DNA of 63,293 nt, counting the filler, from Bonamia ostreae (taxonomy: Eukaryota), in assembly GCA_040357525.1 (NCBI GenBank). It is 28 parts of 28 records of this genome, joined end to end, with 100 filler letters (N's around TTAATTAATTAA, not from the genome) between each part and the next. Parts side by side here need not be neighbours in the genome. Positions count along the whole stretch, not along the records: positions 11,420 to 13,596 come from JBDODL010000995.1; positions 13,697 to 15,869 come from JBDODL010000996.1; positions 15,970 to 18,142 come from JBDODL010000997.1; positions 18,243 to 20,412 come from JBDODL010000998.1; positions 20,513 to 22,681 come from JBDODL010000999.1; positions 22,782 to 24,949 come from JBDODL010001000.1; 22 more parts are not named here. One strand, given 5' to 3'. Numbering within the stretch: position 1 is the first letter of the stretch; each line of letters begins with the position of its first letter. Shown here piece after piece: positions 11,420 to 23,553 of the stretch. The notes under the pieces were generated by a model. The model made no database searches and was not told where the DNA came from. It saw only the letters and a program-made list of their open reading frames with translations. Both the position numbers and the translations under genes were made by a program.

Positions 11420-13559
11420 GACTGCAAACTTTGGCAACGTCTGTTGATCTTCTCCAGAAACATCAAGAATTCCAGATTTGAGATAAAGTTGGCCATTTTA
11501 GAAAAACTGCACAAATTTTTGTACGCGAAAAGTGGTCTAATTTCCGATCTTGCTTTGTCCAATGATGAAACTGACGCGATCACGGTAATTTTAATAACGA
11601 AATTCAAAGACAAAAACTTCAATATCGGTAACAATGCAAAGCCTGTTGCGTTGTAACGAAAACGATTTGATCGTGGAAGCGGCTGGAAAATGCATCGGAG
11701 CACTTGGCGCTTACTCTCCTTCGATGCTGTTTTTGAAAGAGGGAAACGTGTGCAATGGCGACGACGAAAAAGCAGATTCGCTTGAGATCGAATGCACGTT
11801 CGAATTCTTACTTCTGCAAATTCTGGACAGATTTTTGACGAAAGCGCTGTTACAAAGCCCAAACAGGAATTTGCTTATTAACGTGCGCGAGTTTTTGGAT
11901 GTTCTGGCCATTAATCTCAACAGAATCAAAGTCGAAAATGTTTCGCTAAATGATAAAAAGGTGAAAAGAAAAAGGACGAAGCAAACAGAAAAATGGTCCG
12001 CTTTGAGTAAATTAAGCAGAGACGCCCTAAAAACACACAAATCAAATTTGTTGCCCAAAATAAGCACTCGGAAATCAAAAATCGCTTCTGGCGACAATGA
12101 AAATTTTTTATCGCAAAACGATTCTTTTGAATCGCACAATCAAAATGAAAATTTTATAAGTTTTTATTGTCAAAATTTATTCGAAGCAAAATTTTGCTTT
12201 TAAAGCGATTAGAAAGACAATTTTGCGATTTTTCATTTTCGCAATTTTTCGAACAATTTATTTTTTGCAAATTTGCCAAATTTCGCCAATTTGAATTCAA
12301 AAGAATTCGAAGAAGAGAAAACGATATTCCAGAAAAGCCCAAATTATGAAATTTGGATTTGCTCTTTTTGTCTGCAAATACTCGATTTCCTGCAAAACTT
12401 TCTGCCAAAGAATATTCAAAAAATCAATTGGATTTTAGCCCTGAAAAATTTGCTCAGAAACTCGACTTTGCCACATAAAAATTTGTCCAACATCGCCTCT
12501 TTCGCTTTGCCCAAAATCTTCTTCGACCTAATTAAAGAAAGCGACGACGATTTTGTAATTTTCAAAATAAAACGGGAAATCTTTTCCGTCTTAAATCTTC
12601 TCTCGAGAGATTCCGCCGATAGCAAATCCTGCAAAACGCGCCGATGCGTTTCGGCGCTGTTCGATCTCTTCCGGAAACTGGAGAACTGGACTGAAGTCAA
12701 TTCCACAAAAAGAGACTTCGCTTCCGACAAAATTAAAACGGCGCTCTCGCGAATCTTCGATTCCGGTTTCTCTCTTTTGCCACACGCGGCCATCCTCTGC
12801 AAAGCGTACCCCGAAGCGCTCAGACTCATCGAGAGAAGTCGCCGCTTGGAAAGCGACCCGAAGCCGCAGATTTGGGATCTGCTGCACAAGTGCTACGGAA
12901 AACAAGGCGAGATCGAGATGGTTTCGGCGGTCGAGAGAAGCGGGAAGTTTCTGTCTCTGCACAAAACCGCCCGCGGCTACGAACTGCGGGGGCAATGGCT
13001 GGACGCCATTAACAGATATGAACAGTTGTTGCAGGAAAACGGCAATTGTGGCAAAAGTCGGAAAGGCTTGTTGCGCTGTTTGGTCAAAATGGGCCATTTC
13101 CGGTCGGTCTTGAAACAGATAAAAGGGGAAAACGCCAAAATGTCTGAAGCGAAAAACTTTGATTGGGGCGTTTACAAATATGGCGTTCAAGCCGCGTGGA
13201 GGTTGCAACAATGGGAGGAGCTGAAGGAATTGGTTACTAGAACGAAGGGCGCTCAGATAAACAACTTTGAATATTCGGTGGGAAAAATTTTGTCTGCGGC
13301 GACGGCGAGAAGTGACATCGTCGCGTCCTTGTTGCGGAATAGCAGGTTGGAGGAGATGAGACAAGCGCAAAACCTCTTTTCGCAAAGTTACCAAAGAGCG
13401 TATGCGCACGTTTCAAGAATGGCGATGCTTCACGAGTTGGAGCAGATATGCGCATTCGAAGACGAAAATCGCGTTTTCGAACATAAAGTGGAAATAATGG
13501 ACAAAGATTTTGTGTTCAAAGAGCCTTTGTTGTCTTTGCGGCGAGTCTTTTATGGACTG
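11420..13559 (+). CDS. ATR: PIKK kinase ATR/Mec1, internal fragment (HEAT region plus FAT domain)
   Basis: AAILCKAYPEALRLIE...LHKCYG...YELRGQWLDAINRYEQ...GLLRCL..MGH...GVQAAWRLQQWEEL...SYQRAYAHVSRMAMLHELEQ matches the ATR FAT domain. 25-nt intron 11585-11609. A further intron near 12160 has an ambiguous acceptor. Confidence 0.82.
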
Positions 13560-13867
13560 GTTTTTGTGTTCGAAAAATTTGTCGTTAAAACTTTTTNNNN
13601 NNNNNNNNNNNNNNNNNNNNNNNNNNNNNNNNNNNNNNNNTTAATTAATTAANNNNNNNNNNNNNNNNNNNNNNNNNNNNNNNNNNNNNNNNNNNNATTC
13701 AAAAACGCTTTTTGGAAATTCAAAAACGACAAAACTAATTTTTAACCCAATCTTCAAACAAAAAACAAATATCTTTTTAACAATTAAGAAACATCTTTAA
13801 ACGAAAAACTAATTTTCGCCATTTTTTATAGTTTCGACAAATTTTACAACCAATTTGTTTTCAAATA

Positions 13868-14164
13868 ATGAAAAAAACAAAATCAGTTGAAATTTCTTTG
13901 CCGCCATCCATCTTTGAAAAACGAATGAAATATCGAATAGCTTTCAAAAAACACACAAAGAAAATAAATAACGAACGCGATGAGCTACAAAAAGAACTTG
14001 AAGACTTGGAATTGGAGCACAATAAATTAAAGACGGAATACAAAAATTTGGTGATGCAGCGAGCGAACAACAATCTAGTCTTTGAAGAGAATTGCGAGCG
14101 ATTGAAGAGGGATTTCTTTCTGAAGAAACAAAAGGGATTTGGAGATTTTGAATTCCAATTGTGA
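13868..14164 (+). CDS. Small bZIP-like coiled-coil protein with a degenerate basic region (98 aa)
   Basis: KRMKYRIAFKKHTKK-INNERDE-L-x6-L-x6-L-x6-L aligns without gaps to the Jun-type KRMRNRIAASKCRKRK...leucine zipper, but the invariant Asn and Arg positions are Tyr and Thr. Confidence 0.55.
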   Translation: MKKTKSVEISLPPSIFEKRMKYRIAFKKHTKKINNERDELQKELEDLELEHNKLKTEYKNLVMQRANNNLVFEENCERLKRDFFLKKQKGFGDFEFQL

Positions 14165-14336
14165 AACATTAAACATTTATTCAAAATTTTTTCTTTTAAT
14201 GGACGAAATCAAATTTTCATTAAACAAAATTTTCTCAAAAAAAAAAGATTTTGTAAACGAAAAATCTTCAAAACTTGCCGTTAAAATTAGAAAAAACGCC
14301 ATTTTAAGCTAATAACACAACGCAGTGTTTGTAGAA

Positions 14337-15869
14337 ATGTCAGCAAAACGACGAAAAGATCTTAATGAAGTCTTAATAAACGGCGATTTCCACCGCCAAA
14401 TTTTTTCTTTTCCGTTAGAAAAAGATATTTCGAGCGACGACCAATATATCAATTCTTCTATCGTTATCGATAATGGCTCTTTCAGAACCAGAGCTGGATG
14501 GTCTTCTGAATTAGCACCAAGACGTTTTAAATTTGCTATTTTGTGATAAATTGCAAATTTTGATCAAAAATCGACATTTTGCTTCATTTTAAAATTGACA
14601 TATTTTTCCGATAAATCGCGAAAATTTTAAAAAAATGGCATTTTGATTAAAAATCGACAAATTTTGGTTAAAACGTAATTTTTTTGACAAAATTCTAAAC
14701 AGAAAATTTTAAAGTTTGTTTTGCGCCAGCGATAGCAAAAACAAAAGTAAAATCGCGTGATTTGGTTTTAGTTGGAAATCAACTAAACAACAAATTGCCG
14801 CTCAGTTCAAACGACATTTCTTCTCCGTTCACTAAAAATGTCGTTTGCGATTTTTCTGCGATGGTTTTGCTATAAAACGACCAATTTGATTAAATTTGCA
14901 AAAACAGACAATTTTTATAAAAGGAACATGTCCTCGATTACACGTTCGACAATTTGGCCAACAACCCCAAAATGATAGAAAATCCCATTTTGATGACTGA
15001 AACTTTAAATAATCCGTCTCGTCCCGCAATGGCAGAGCTACTTTTCGAATATTATCAAGTTCCGTCGATCAATTTCGCCATTGACTTCCTTCTCAGCAAC
15101 TTTTATAACCGATTTTTAATTTGTTCAAATTTTATTAATCTATGTCATTTTCTTGAAAATCGTTAAAAAANNNNNNNNNNNNNNNNNNNNNNNNNNNNNN
15201 NNNNNNNNNNNNNNNNNNNNNNNNNNNNNNNNNNNNNNNNNNNNNNNNNNNNNNNNNNNNNNNNNNNNNNATCGTTAAAATATTATTAAAACTGCGCCAA
15301 AAATTGTTAGATTTTGGGAAAAAATTTTCCTGAAAATCTTTAAAAAAAATCGTTAAAATATTATTAAAACTGCGCCAAAAATTGTTAGATTTTGGGAAAA
15401 AATCCAAAAATTATAAAAAATGAAATAATAAAAATTTAGCTCAAACAAATTTAACCAAAATCGACGAATACATTTCAAACGATTTTAATGACAAAAACTC
15501 TTTAATAATTTCCGCTGGAAATGATTTCACATTCGTTTCGCCAATAAAAAAAGGATTTTGCGATTTCGAAAAGTAAATTTTCTATTTCTAAAATTTAGCA
15601 CTTATCGAATTCCAGTCGGCGGAAAAACAAATTTGATCTATCTCTGCGAAATCCTAAAATCGAAAAACCAAAAAATGGCTTCGCATTTGACAGAAACAAC
15701 AGTTTTCGAATTAATGTCGAAAACTTGTTATTGTTCGCTAAATTTCGAAGAAGAAATTTTGAGGGAAAAAGGAAAAATCGATGTTAAATTTTGTCCTTCT
15801 TTAACAGAAAATGATTATTTTAAAAAAATGGAAAATTTCTTTCGCGCGGATTCATCTTATTTGGAGAGT
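14337..15869 (+). CDS. ARP5: Actin-related protein 5 (INO80 complex), 5' part, multi-exon, spans an internal N gap
   Basis: IVIDNGSFRTRAGW, EHVLDYTF, PILMTETLNNP.R..MAELLFEYYQVPSINFAIDFLLSNFYN, SLIISAGNDFT and RIPVGG. 26-nt intron 15573-15598. Confidence 0.82.
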
Positions 15870-16426
15870 NNNNNNNNNNNNNNNNNNNNNNNNNNNNNNN
15901 NNNNNNNNNNNNNTTAATTAATTAANNNNNNNNNNNNNNNNNNNNNNNNNNNNNNNNNNNNNNNNNNNNTTTTATGATTTGAATGTTGTTTTTATTTTTA
16001 TTTAAATGATTTATTTTATTGTTTTTTGTATTGATTTTATTTTTTCTGTATTATTTTTTTTATTGTTGAATGTTTTGTATTATATGGTTTTTTTTGATGG
16101 ATGATATTTTTGACCAAATTTTATTTTTTTATAGTAAAATTGATTTGGCATATTTTTTTTGTTTTATGTAATATTTTGTTAGTTTATTGATCGGATTTTA
16201 TTTTATTTTTTGTTACAAAATAGTTAAAAATTTATTTCCTTTTGTTTTATTAAATATAAAAAATAAATTTATTTTCTGTTTTTTTTTATTTTGTTTGAGT
16301 TTTATTTTATTTATTTTATATGTTTTAAGATGTGAATGAGTGATTTTATATGTATATAATAATTTTTACATTTTCATTTTTATATTTTTGAATTTATGCT
16401 TATTTTTCTATTTTGAATTTTAAAAG

Positions 16427-17878
16427 AAAATAAATTTTGACGAAAACGTGAAAGCAAAAGGAATCAATTTGGTTGACAAAATTCAACACGGAATAAAAAT
16501 TTCGTTAATTAAAGATAAAAAGAAAAATGACATCAACGGTCGATATTATTTTTTTCTCGCCGACTCCGACGAAAACAGCTTCCAATTCCAAAACTGTTAA
16601 TTTTATATACAATTTTTTCGACAAAATTCAGAAAAAAATTTAGTCAATATAAAAAATTTCAGCTAAAAAATTTAGTCAAGTTACTTTAAAATAACAGACG
16701 CACCAAGTTACTTCCACAAAATAAGAAGCCTTTACGGAATAAATGAAAACAAATATCTGGACGCAATCTGTAATAAAGAACTTTTGGGCGGCGAAAAAAA
16801 TAACGCCGGAAAAAGCGGTCAAATTTTCTGGCGCACTCAAAATCAAGAATTTGTGATTAAAACAGTGACACAGAAAGAAGCAACATTTTTACAGAGCAAT
16901 CTGAAAATTTATATCGAACATTTGGAAAATAATCCGCATTCGCTGATTTCGAGGTTGAAAATAAAAATTTTGCAAAAGGCTAAATTTTAAATAATTTTGA
17001 CAAAAAGATTTTTTGGATTGCACAAAATAAAAGTCGACAGATTGAGATTGCGCTTTGTCGTAATGAACAATGTTTTCAGCACTTGCAAAATTCCGCCTCA
17101 ACTTATTTATGATTTAAAAGTTTTTTTTATAAAATAAAAAGGGGACGACCGAAGATCGATTAGTTAAACAAAGTTCAAAGTTGAAAAAACAACCGATTTT
17201 AAAGGATTTGAATTTTGCGGATCGATTTATTTTAGTTTCGAAACAAATGGTTTAGACACAAAATTGTTTGATCGAAAACTAAATTTTAATTTAAAACAAA
17301 AAAATTGGGAAAAACAAAATTTTTAAAATAAGTCAAAATCGCTTTTGTTCCAAATCAAAAACGACGTAAATTTCTTCTTAAAAGTCGGAGTGATGGACTA
17401 TTCTCTATTGCTCGGAGTGTGCGTAAAGTTTCATCGAAATTTAATTTTTAGAAATGAAGAAAACTCGGAAGTTTTATCTGTCGATACTGAAATTGATGTC
17501 TTTGCTCCACTGAAATATAATCAACATTTTGCTTCAAGTCACATCGTTTTTTATCAAAATTATTTTCACTTTTTATTTCATTTCTTCAAAATTCGTTTTA
17601 CAAATTTTCATATTGATTTTTAAAATAAGTCGAAAGCGTCAGTTTTTGAGAGCGGGATAAAAGGACCTTTGGGGGAAACATATTTTTTGGGAATAATAGA
17701 TTTTCTGCAAGAATGGACGAAGAAAAAGAAAATGGCCAATGTCTTCAAAACGTGTGCTTTTTGTGATTGCCAACAAAACAAAATCGATTCTGTTCCTCCC
17801 GTCAAATATGCCGAACGGTTCCAGGAATATCTTGATTCAAAGATCAAAAATACCGTTTTTGGAAAATTTTTATTTTAA
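16427..17878 (+). CDS. Phosphatidylinositol phosphate kinase (PIP5K family), catalytic domain, multi-exon
   Basis: FQNYAPSYFHKIR, GKSGQIFW, FVIKT, FFGLH, FVVMNNVF, YDLK|GT (22-nt intron 17120-17141), ILKDLNF, VMDYSLLLG, YFLGIIDFLQ and SVPPVKYAERF. Confidence 0.93.
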
Positions 17879-18242
17879 AATTAAAAAAGCAAATTTTTGG
17901 AATTTAGTAAATTGATTTTTGTTCGTAAAAATGTCAAATTTTGAAAAGTTAAATTTTACTAACAATTTAATAGAGGTCGTTGGGCTCATATAGCATGGGA
18001 CTAGACAAAATTCAAAATAGAATTTTGATTAATTGCAACAGCGCTTATGACTTATTTGTCGTTGACTCGGCGTTCTCAGCGTTTTTAAACTATTCTGAAA
18101 AAATTTTAATGTCGAAACGACAAATCTATAAAAAAAATGTCGNNNNNNNNNNNNNNNNNNNNNNNNNNNNNNNNNNNNNNNNNNNNTTAATTAATTAANN
18201 NNNNNNNNNNNNNNNNNNNNNNNNNNNNNNNNNNNNNNNNNN

Positions 18243-20412
18243 AGAATAAAAAGTGCAATAATGCATTCGCAAAATCTGATGGAAATTCCTTGGATTTATA
18301 ACTGTTGAAAAAATATACCGATGCGTTGTGCATTTTATTTATCAAATCGTCCAACACGATTGATACATTGTACATATCCACGCGTAGACCAATCTCATTA
18401 AAAATTTCGGGACGTAGACAATCGCTATGTTGTCGCATTTTGTGTAGCACGTTAACACACACCGAATCATAGATCGCATCGATCGTAGAATCGATCCTAA
18501 CAGGCGTATTTACTGATGCGACATCAAGGCTTTTTTCTTTTGCAATTCGTACGACATTATGCATGGATGCCGGCTTTCGGGTTGGTAAGGTTAAATCCAT
18601 ACCCTGTAGCTCACTCATCAATTTGGTTGGTTCATCTTTATCGTGATGAATAAACTTCTTGAAGTCGAATAATCCCAATTTTGGGTCGTCGTTCACAGGT
18701 GGATCCATATTTATCGTATATATCATATTACAATATCTTAATCCGTAACGCACTTCGTAGTAATCGGTTGTGTCGAACATATTTTTTATATCGTTATTCG
18801 CTAACACATTACGTATGGTATTCGTAATTAAAAAGATGTCTGGTAACTTATTTGCATATGGTGACCATAGCAACGATTCAAGCGATTGTCCAGACCCGTC
18901 TGTTGCGTTCGAATCCTTAATAGGTTCATTGGGCAAACCGAAATTTCTGCCACAACTTGGTGCTACAGTTGCCTTCGGCTCACCAATCTCACTCACTCCC
19001 TTCTCCCCCATCACCTCCTCAATCTTCCTCCTATTCATCTCATCAATCGTCATCCCATTATTCATCTCCACAATCCTCCTCCCATCCTTATCTTTATTCA
19101 TCTCCGCATTCCTCCTCCTATCCTTATCTTTATTCATCTCCGCATTCCTCCTCCTATTCTTATCTTTATTCACCGTACCAATCCCCTCCACACTCTTATC
19201 ATTCTCCAGTCCCTCATTCTTCAACCTTTTCTGCAGATCACTAACCTCACCCAGCAAATGCTTCGTTTTTTGCATCAGTAACTCGTCTCCTTCTGCTGTA
19301 TTGTTTTCGTTATCTAAGAGCGATAGTGTGAATGTTGAAGATGTTGGGAATCTTGTTGCTGAGTATCGCGCTGGGTCATTTGATGATGACCAGTCATCCC
19401 AACTTTTTGCATTTGGAAATCCTCCTGAGTACCCTGATGAGTGCCCTGATGAGTGCCCCGATGAGCGCTCTGATGTAGATCGTGATGGTGGTTCTGATGG
19501 GTGCTCTGATGAAGGTCTTAATGGAGGATTTGATGAAAGTCCTGATGAACCCTTTGATGAGTGCCCTAATGGAATTCCTGATGTAAATCCTCCTAATGAG
19601 CACCCTGATGGCAATCCTGATGAGCGCTCTGATGTAGGTGTTGGTGTAGGTCTTGGTGTAGGTCGTGATGGTTGTTCTGATGGGTGCTCTGATGAAGGTC
19701 TTAATGGAGGATTTGATGAAAGTCCTGATGAACCCTTTGATGAGTGCCCTAATGGAATTCCTGATGTAAATCCTCCTAATGAGCACCCTGATGACAATCC
19801 TGATGATTGCCCTGATGTAGGTGTTGGTGTAGGTCTTGGTGTAGGTCTTGATGGTGGTTCTGATGGGTACTCTGATGGATGTCTTAATGGATGACTTGAT
19901 GAAAATCCTGATGGACTCCCTGATGAGTGCCCTAATGGGTAATTTTCTGGTGTCAGTTGTGTCTCCTCCATTGCCGCAACAACTCCTACGGTCAGCTTCT
20001 TTGCAATATCGTTTGGCGAATTTCCTATCAAGACTCCTTCTTTTACCATATGTTCTACCATGTCTGATATCAGTCCTGATCCTACGGTCTGTTGTAATTC
20101 TAACATGTTATCTACTGAAGATCTTGCTGAGAGCCCCGTGTTTGGTAGTTCCGATAATTCTGATGCTACCAGTTGTTCCTCTATTACCTGTTGTGTTGCC
20201 GACAGTTCTGCTACCAGTTTTCTTGCCTCGATTTTGGTAATTTCAGCCGCTTCCTCATTGTTTATCATTCTATGTGCTATCATCAATTTTTCTCTCAGTA
20301 CTTCGGACACGCGTCGTTTCATATCCAGAGTCGCCATTCGTAGCAGTTCTGGATCATTATATCTCGATCTCGAACCACCACTCGGTTTTTTCGACGCTCG
20401 TCCCGATGCTCC
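18243..20412 (-). CDS. Intronless orphan ORF open across the whole contig (>720 codons) with Ser/Pro/Gly repeats; origin unknown
   Basis: No stop in this frame from 20412 to 18243 (the 25 codons upstream of ATG 20337 are also open). Helical N-terminal part, low-complexity middle, globular-looking C-terminal ~210 aa. No family recognised. Confidence 0.75.
19020..19175 (-). repeat. Coding tandem repeat: 36-bp (12-aa NKDKDRRRNAEM) unit, 3 copies plus degenerate flank
   Basis: TTATCTTTATTCA at 19088, 19124 and 19160. Confidence 0.9.
19430..19940 (-). repeat. Coding tandem repeat: 183-bp (61-aa) unit, about 2.5 copies, built from 12-bp sub-units
   Basis: GATGAAGGTCTTAATGGAGG occurs at 19508 and 19691; CCTGATGAGTGC-like 12-mers encode SSGH/PSEH tetrapeptides. 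Confidence 0.92.
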
Positions 20413-20512
20413 NNNNNNNNNNNNNNNNNNNNNNNNNNNNNNNNNNNNNNNNNNNNTTAATTAATTAANNNNNNNNNNNNNNNNNNNNNNNNNNNNNNNN
20501 NNNNNNNNNNNN

Positions 20513-22405
20513 TTCGAATCGTCATTGGAATCTTCTTTCAAATCTTTGTTCGTTTTACCATCTGAATCTTTCGTCTGTTTTTGGGGTTTTCTGTCTGGAA
20601 GCCAGACTAGTATCATTAAAATCAAGATTATAAAATGAATTAATTGCCAATATCCAAAAGTTAGAATCCAATCTAAAAACCACATTGAAGGGTATAGAAT
20701 CATCATACTTTTGTTACAAAAAATTATTTTTGCAAATTTACAATTTTAGGATCATTTTATGCCAAATTTGTTATTCTGAAAAGCAAATTTTAAAAAATTG
20801 TTAGTTCCAAAATTTGAAATAAAAGTATTAAAAACAAGTTGAGTACGGCTTCAATCATGTTCTTTAAAAGAGAAAAGCACAATATGAGAAAAAGAATATT
20901 GAGGTACCATGAATAGAATCCAACAACAATTCCCTTTTCTTTTTTCTCAGCTTTTGGGATTTTTTCAAAATGTTCCAATGTGGCAATTAGCTCAACAAAG
21001 CAGACACCCGTGACGAATATATCCATTCCGTACACAACCAAACTTATAATTACGGAAGGGGACAATAGTTTGTCCAGAATTTGTTTATTAAATGTGAGAC
21101 TATAGTAGACGACATTAACCGTGAAATATATCAATCCAAAAGCGTAAATGAGCCCTTTTTTAGTTTTTTGTTTTTTGGATTTCCTTACACCGTATCCAAT
21201 GCAAACGAAACATATCATAACGCGACTGTTTGATGATTATTATAAAACGTTGTTGTTTGCGCAAGAGCGTGAATTGAATTGCAAACCAAATAAAACAAAA
21301 AATTGTGCAAACCAGTGTTGTTTATGTAATGTAAGTCTATGAATTTCAAATGTAAATTTGCTGTTTCAACAAATTAGAGAATGTAAAAGTTTTAAATTCT
21401 AAAAACTAAAATTTTTAAAACCAAAATTCCCAATTTGCAAAAATTAAATTCGATTTTTTAACTTTAATTTGCAAAATTTTGTATTCCAAAATTACGAATG
21501 TGTAACAATTTGGCGAAAAGTTTAATTTTCTCCAAAAAATTATTATAATTTAATTTGCAAAATTTTGTATTCCAAAATTACGAATGTGTAACAATTTGGC
21601 GAAAAGTTTTAAATTATAAAAATTGCAAATTTACAAAAGAATGCAATAAATTTCTATTAAAAACATCCCACATTAATGGCGATATCGCTAACAGTGATGA
21701 ATATTATAATTGTGAGGATATAATGCTTTTTCCTCAAATACTTTAATTTGATAAATAAACTTTTTTGTAAGTGACAACATTGACCACCCAATACATGAGC
21801 AAGACCATGTGAGCAATGAAGAGGTAGTAATAAACTTTCAAGTAATGAATTTTCTTGCCCCCGAGCAACCCGAACGAGTTTTCATAAATCACGGATCCTT
21901 TGTTTTTAAAATTCAAACCTTTCACGTGGATTTCGGTGGAGCAGGTCAGGAAGAACGCTTTGTAATCACCGGAAGTTTCAACGTATAAAGTCCCTGTCAA
22001 AGACCCAGATCTTTCGTTCTTCTCGTCGGGACGAGGAGAATAGAGGACCGGTTTTATCACTATGCCATCATCGTCATACAGCACTTTGGTGTGACATGAC
22101 TTTGGCCATGTCATTATGAAAGGGTTTTCTACCAACTGCGATCGTTATAAATAAACCCGTGCGCGCGCTGCTATGACTAGATAAGTGGGTTTGTTCGCGT
22201 AGTAAGATTTCGTGTACACGGTCAAATTGTAATTTATTTTCGGGCGGTCAAATCCCGGCGGGCCCGAGTCCAACTGGTAAATCGAGTGGTAGTTCATCCC
22301 GTGCACTTCGTTGTATGCGGTGTAACGTGTGTTCAAGAAAAATTCTTTGTCGGCCCGAACGACAAACGTTGTAGCCATTAAGAAAATGAGGGAAATATAT
22401 GCCAT
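20513..22405 (-). CDS. GOST-family seven-transmembrane protein (TMEM87/GPR107-like), runs off the contig at the 3' end
   Basis: Signal peptide, lumenal domain ending YENSFGLLGG...LKVYYYL, then RVMICFVCIGYGVRK and WQLIHFIILILMILVWLP. Introns 22136-22156 (21 nt), 21741-21760 (20 nt), 21226-21248 (23 nt) and one long repeat-containing intron. Confidence 0.82.
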
Positions 22406-23553
22406 TTGTTATATTTGGGTTTAGTTCTTGTTTATAAGGTTTAACTTATTGGCACTGAAATTTCAGCGAGTTGGATTTTAAGCGAAACAAGTGTTTCTGA
22501 ATTTTGCGACAATAAGTTTTTTTGTTAATTGCGGTGAAGAAAAGACTGAAAATGCAAATAAATTGGAATTTGATGAAAATTAACAAAAATGAAATTGAGT
22601 ATTTTAAATTAATGTAAAAAACATCCGATCTTTTAAGAATAGAGTATTTTAAATTAATTTAAAAAACAACCGGTCTACCAANNNNNNNNNNNNNNNNNNN
22701 NNNNNNNNNNNNNNNNNNNNNNNNNTTAATTAATTAANNNNNNNNNNNNNNNNNNNNNNNNNNNNNNNNNNNNNNNNNNNNCAGGTTCGCGACGAGAAAT
22801 ATTTGCGGCGATGCGGTTCTCGTACGCGAATGATAGTTGATTTACAATGTTGAAGAAGACATCGCTTTCAGTGGGTCTATATTAAAATATATTAGATAGA
22901 TAATAAATGGACCTCCATACTCTCTGATAGTGGATTAATCTTTAAAATAATTTCAATTCAATAATTCAAGGAATTGTGAAGGTTTTGGTCTGTAGAAGCA
23001 CGCTTCTTGATCTGTACAACGCAACTTGGCATCTCAATATATTACAATGCAAGTTAAAACTTAATAAATGACCCTGATGTATTGTTTTTATATTTATGGA
23101 AAATATTTACAGCGAATAGATTTTGGCCTTCCACTTCTTAACAAAGTCATCCTGCGGTAATGCTAATGCGGTACTGGTTCCTCAGCTCTCTTTTTTAAAC
23201 TTGAAATGAATGAAGGTATTAATAAACGTATGACCATCTTTTACGGATTGCTAAGCAGATTAATTAGCCGAAATGTCCTTAAGGAACATGCATGGTAGCA
23301 TAAACAGTGGTCTATGAGAATTTGACATATGTATGAAAAGACAACGACATTGACAAATTCTGATTGTATCTCAGGTGTGTAAAAGGAAGGTAACTCTGCT
23401 GAAATATTCAATAGAGGCATTGATCTGATTTCGCAAATTGATTGACGTAAGTGCGCCATGGGAATGAGAGAGTATTCTGCATATATATAGCACGTTAGGC
23501 TTCATAATATACACGATATCATTTCATGAAGTGGTATCAACGACAAACTATCC

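Noticed and set aside
15105-15135. Possible non-canonical GA donor in Arp5 after FYN
   Set aside because: A same-phase canonical GT lies 12 nt downstream, and an N gap prevents checking the intron.
18770-19894. 374-aa antisense ORF with CPDE repeats, and other overlapping ORFs in this contig
   Set aside because: Shadow of the repeat-rich minus-strand ORF; repeats lacking stops keep several frames open.
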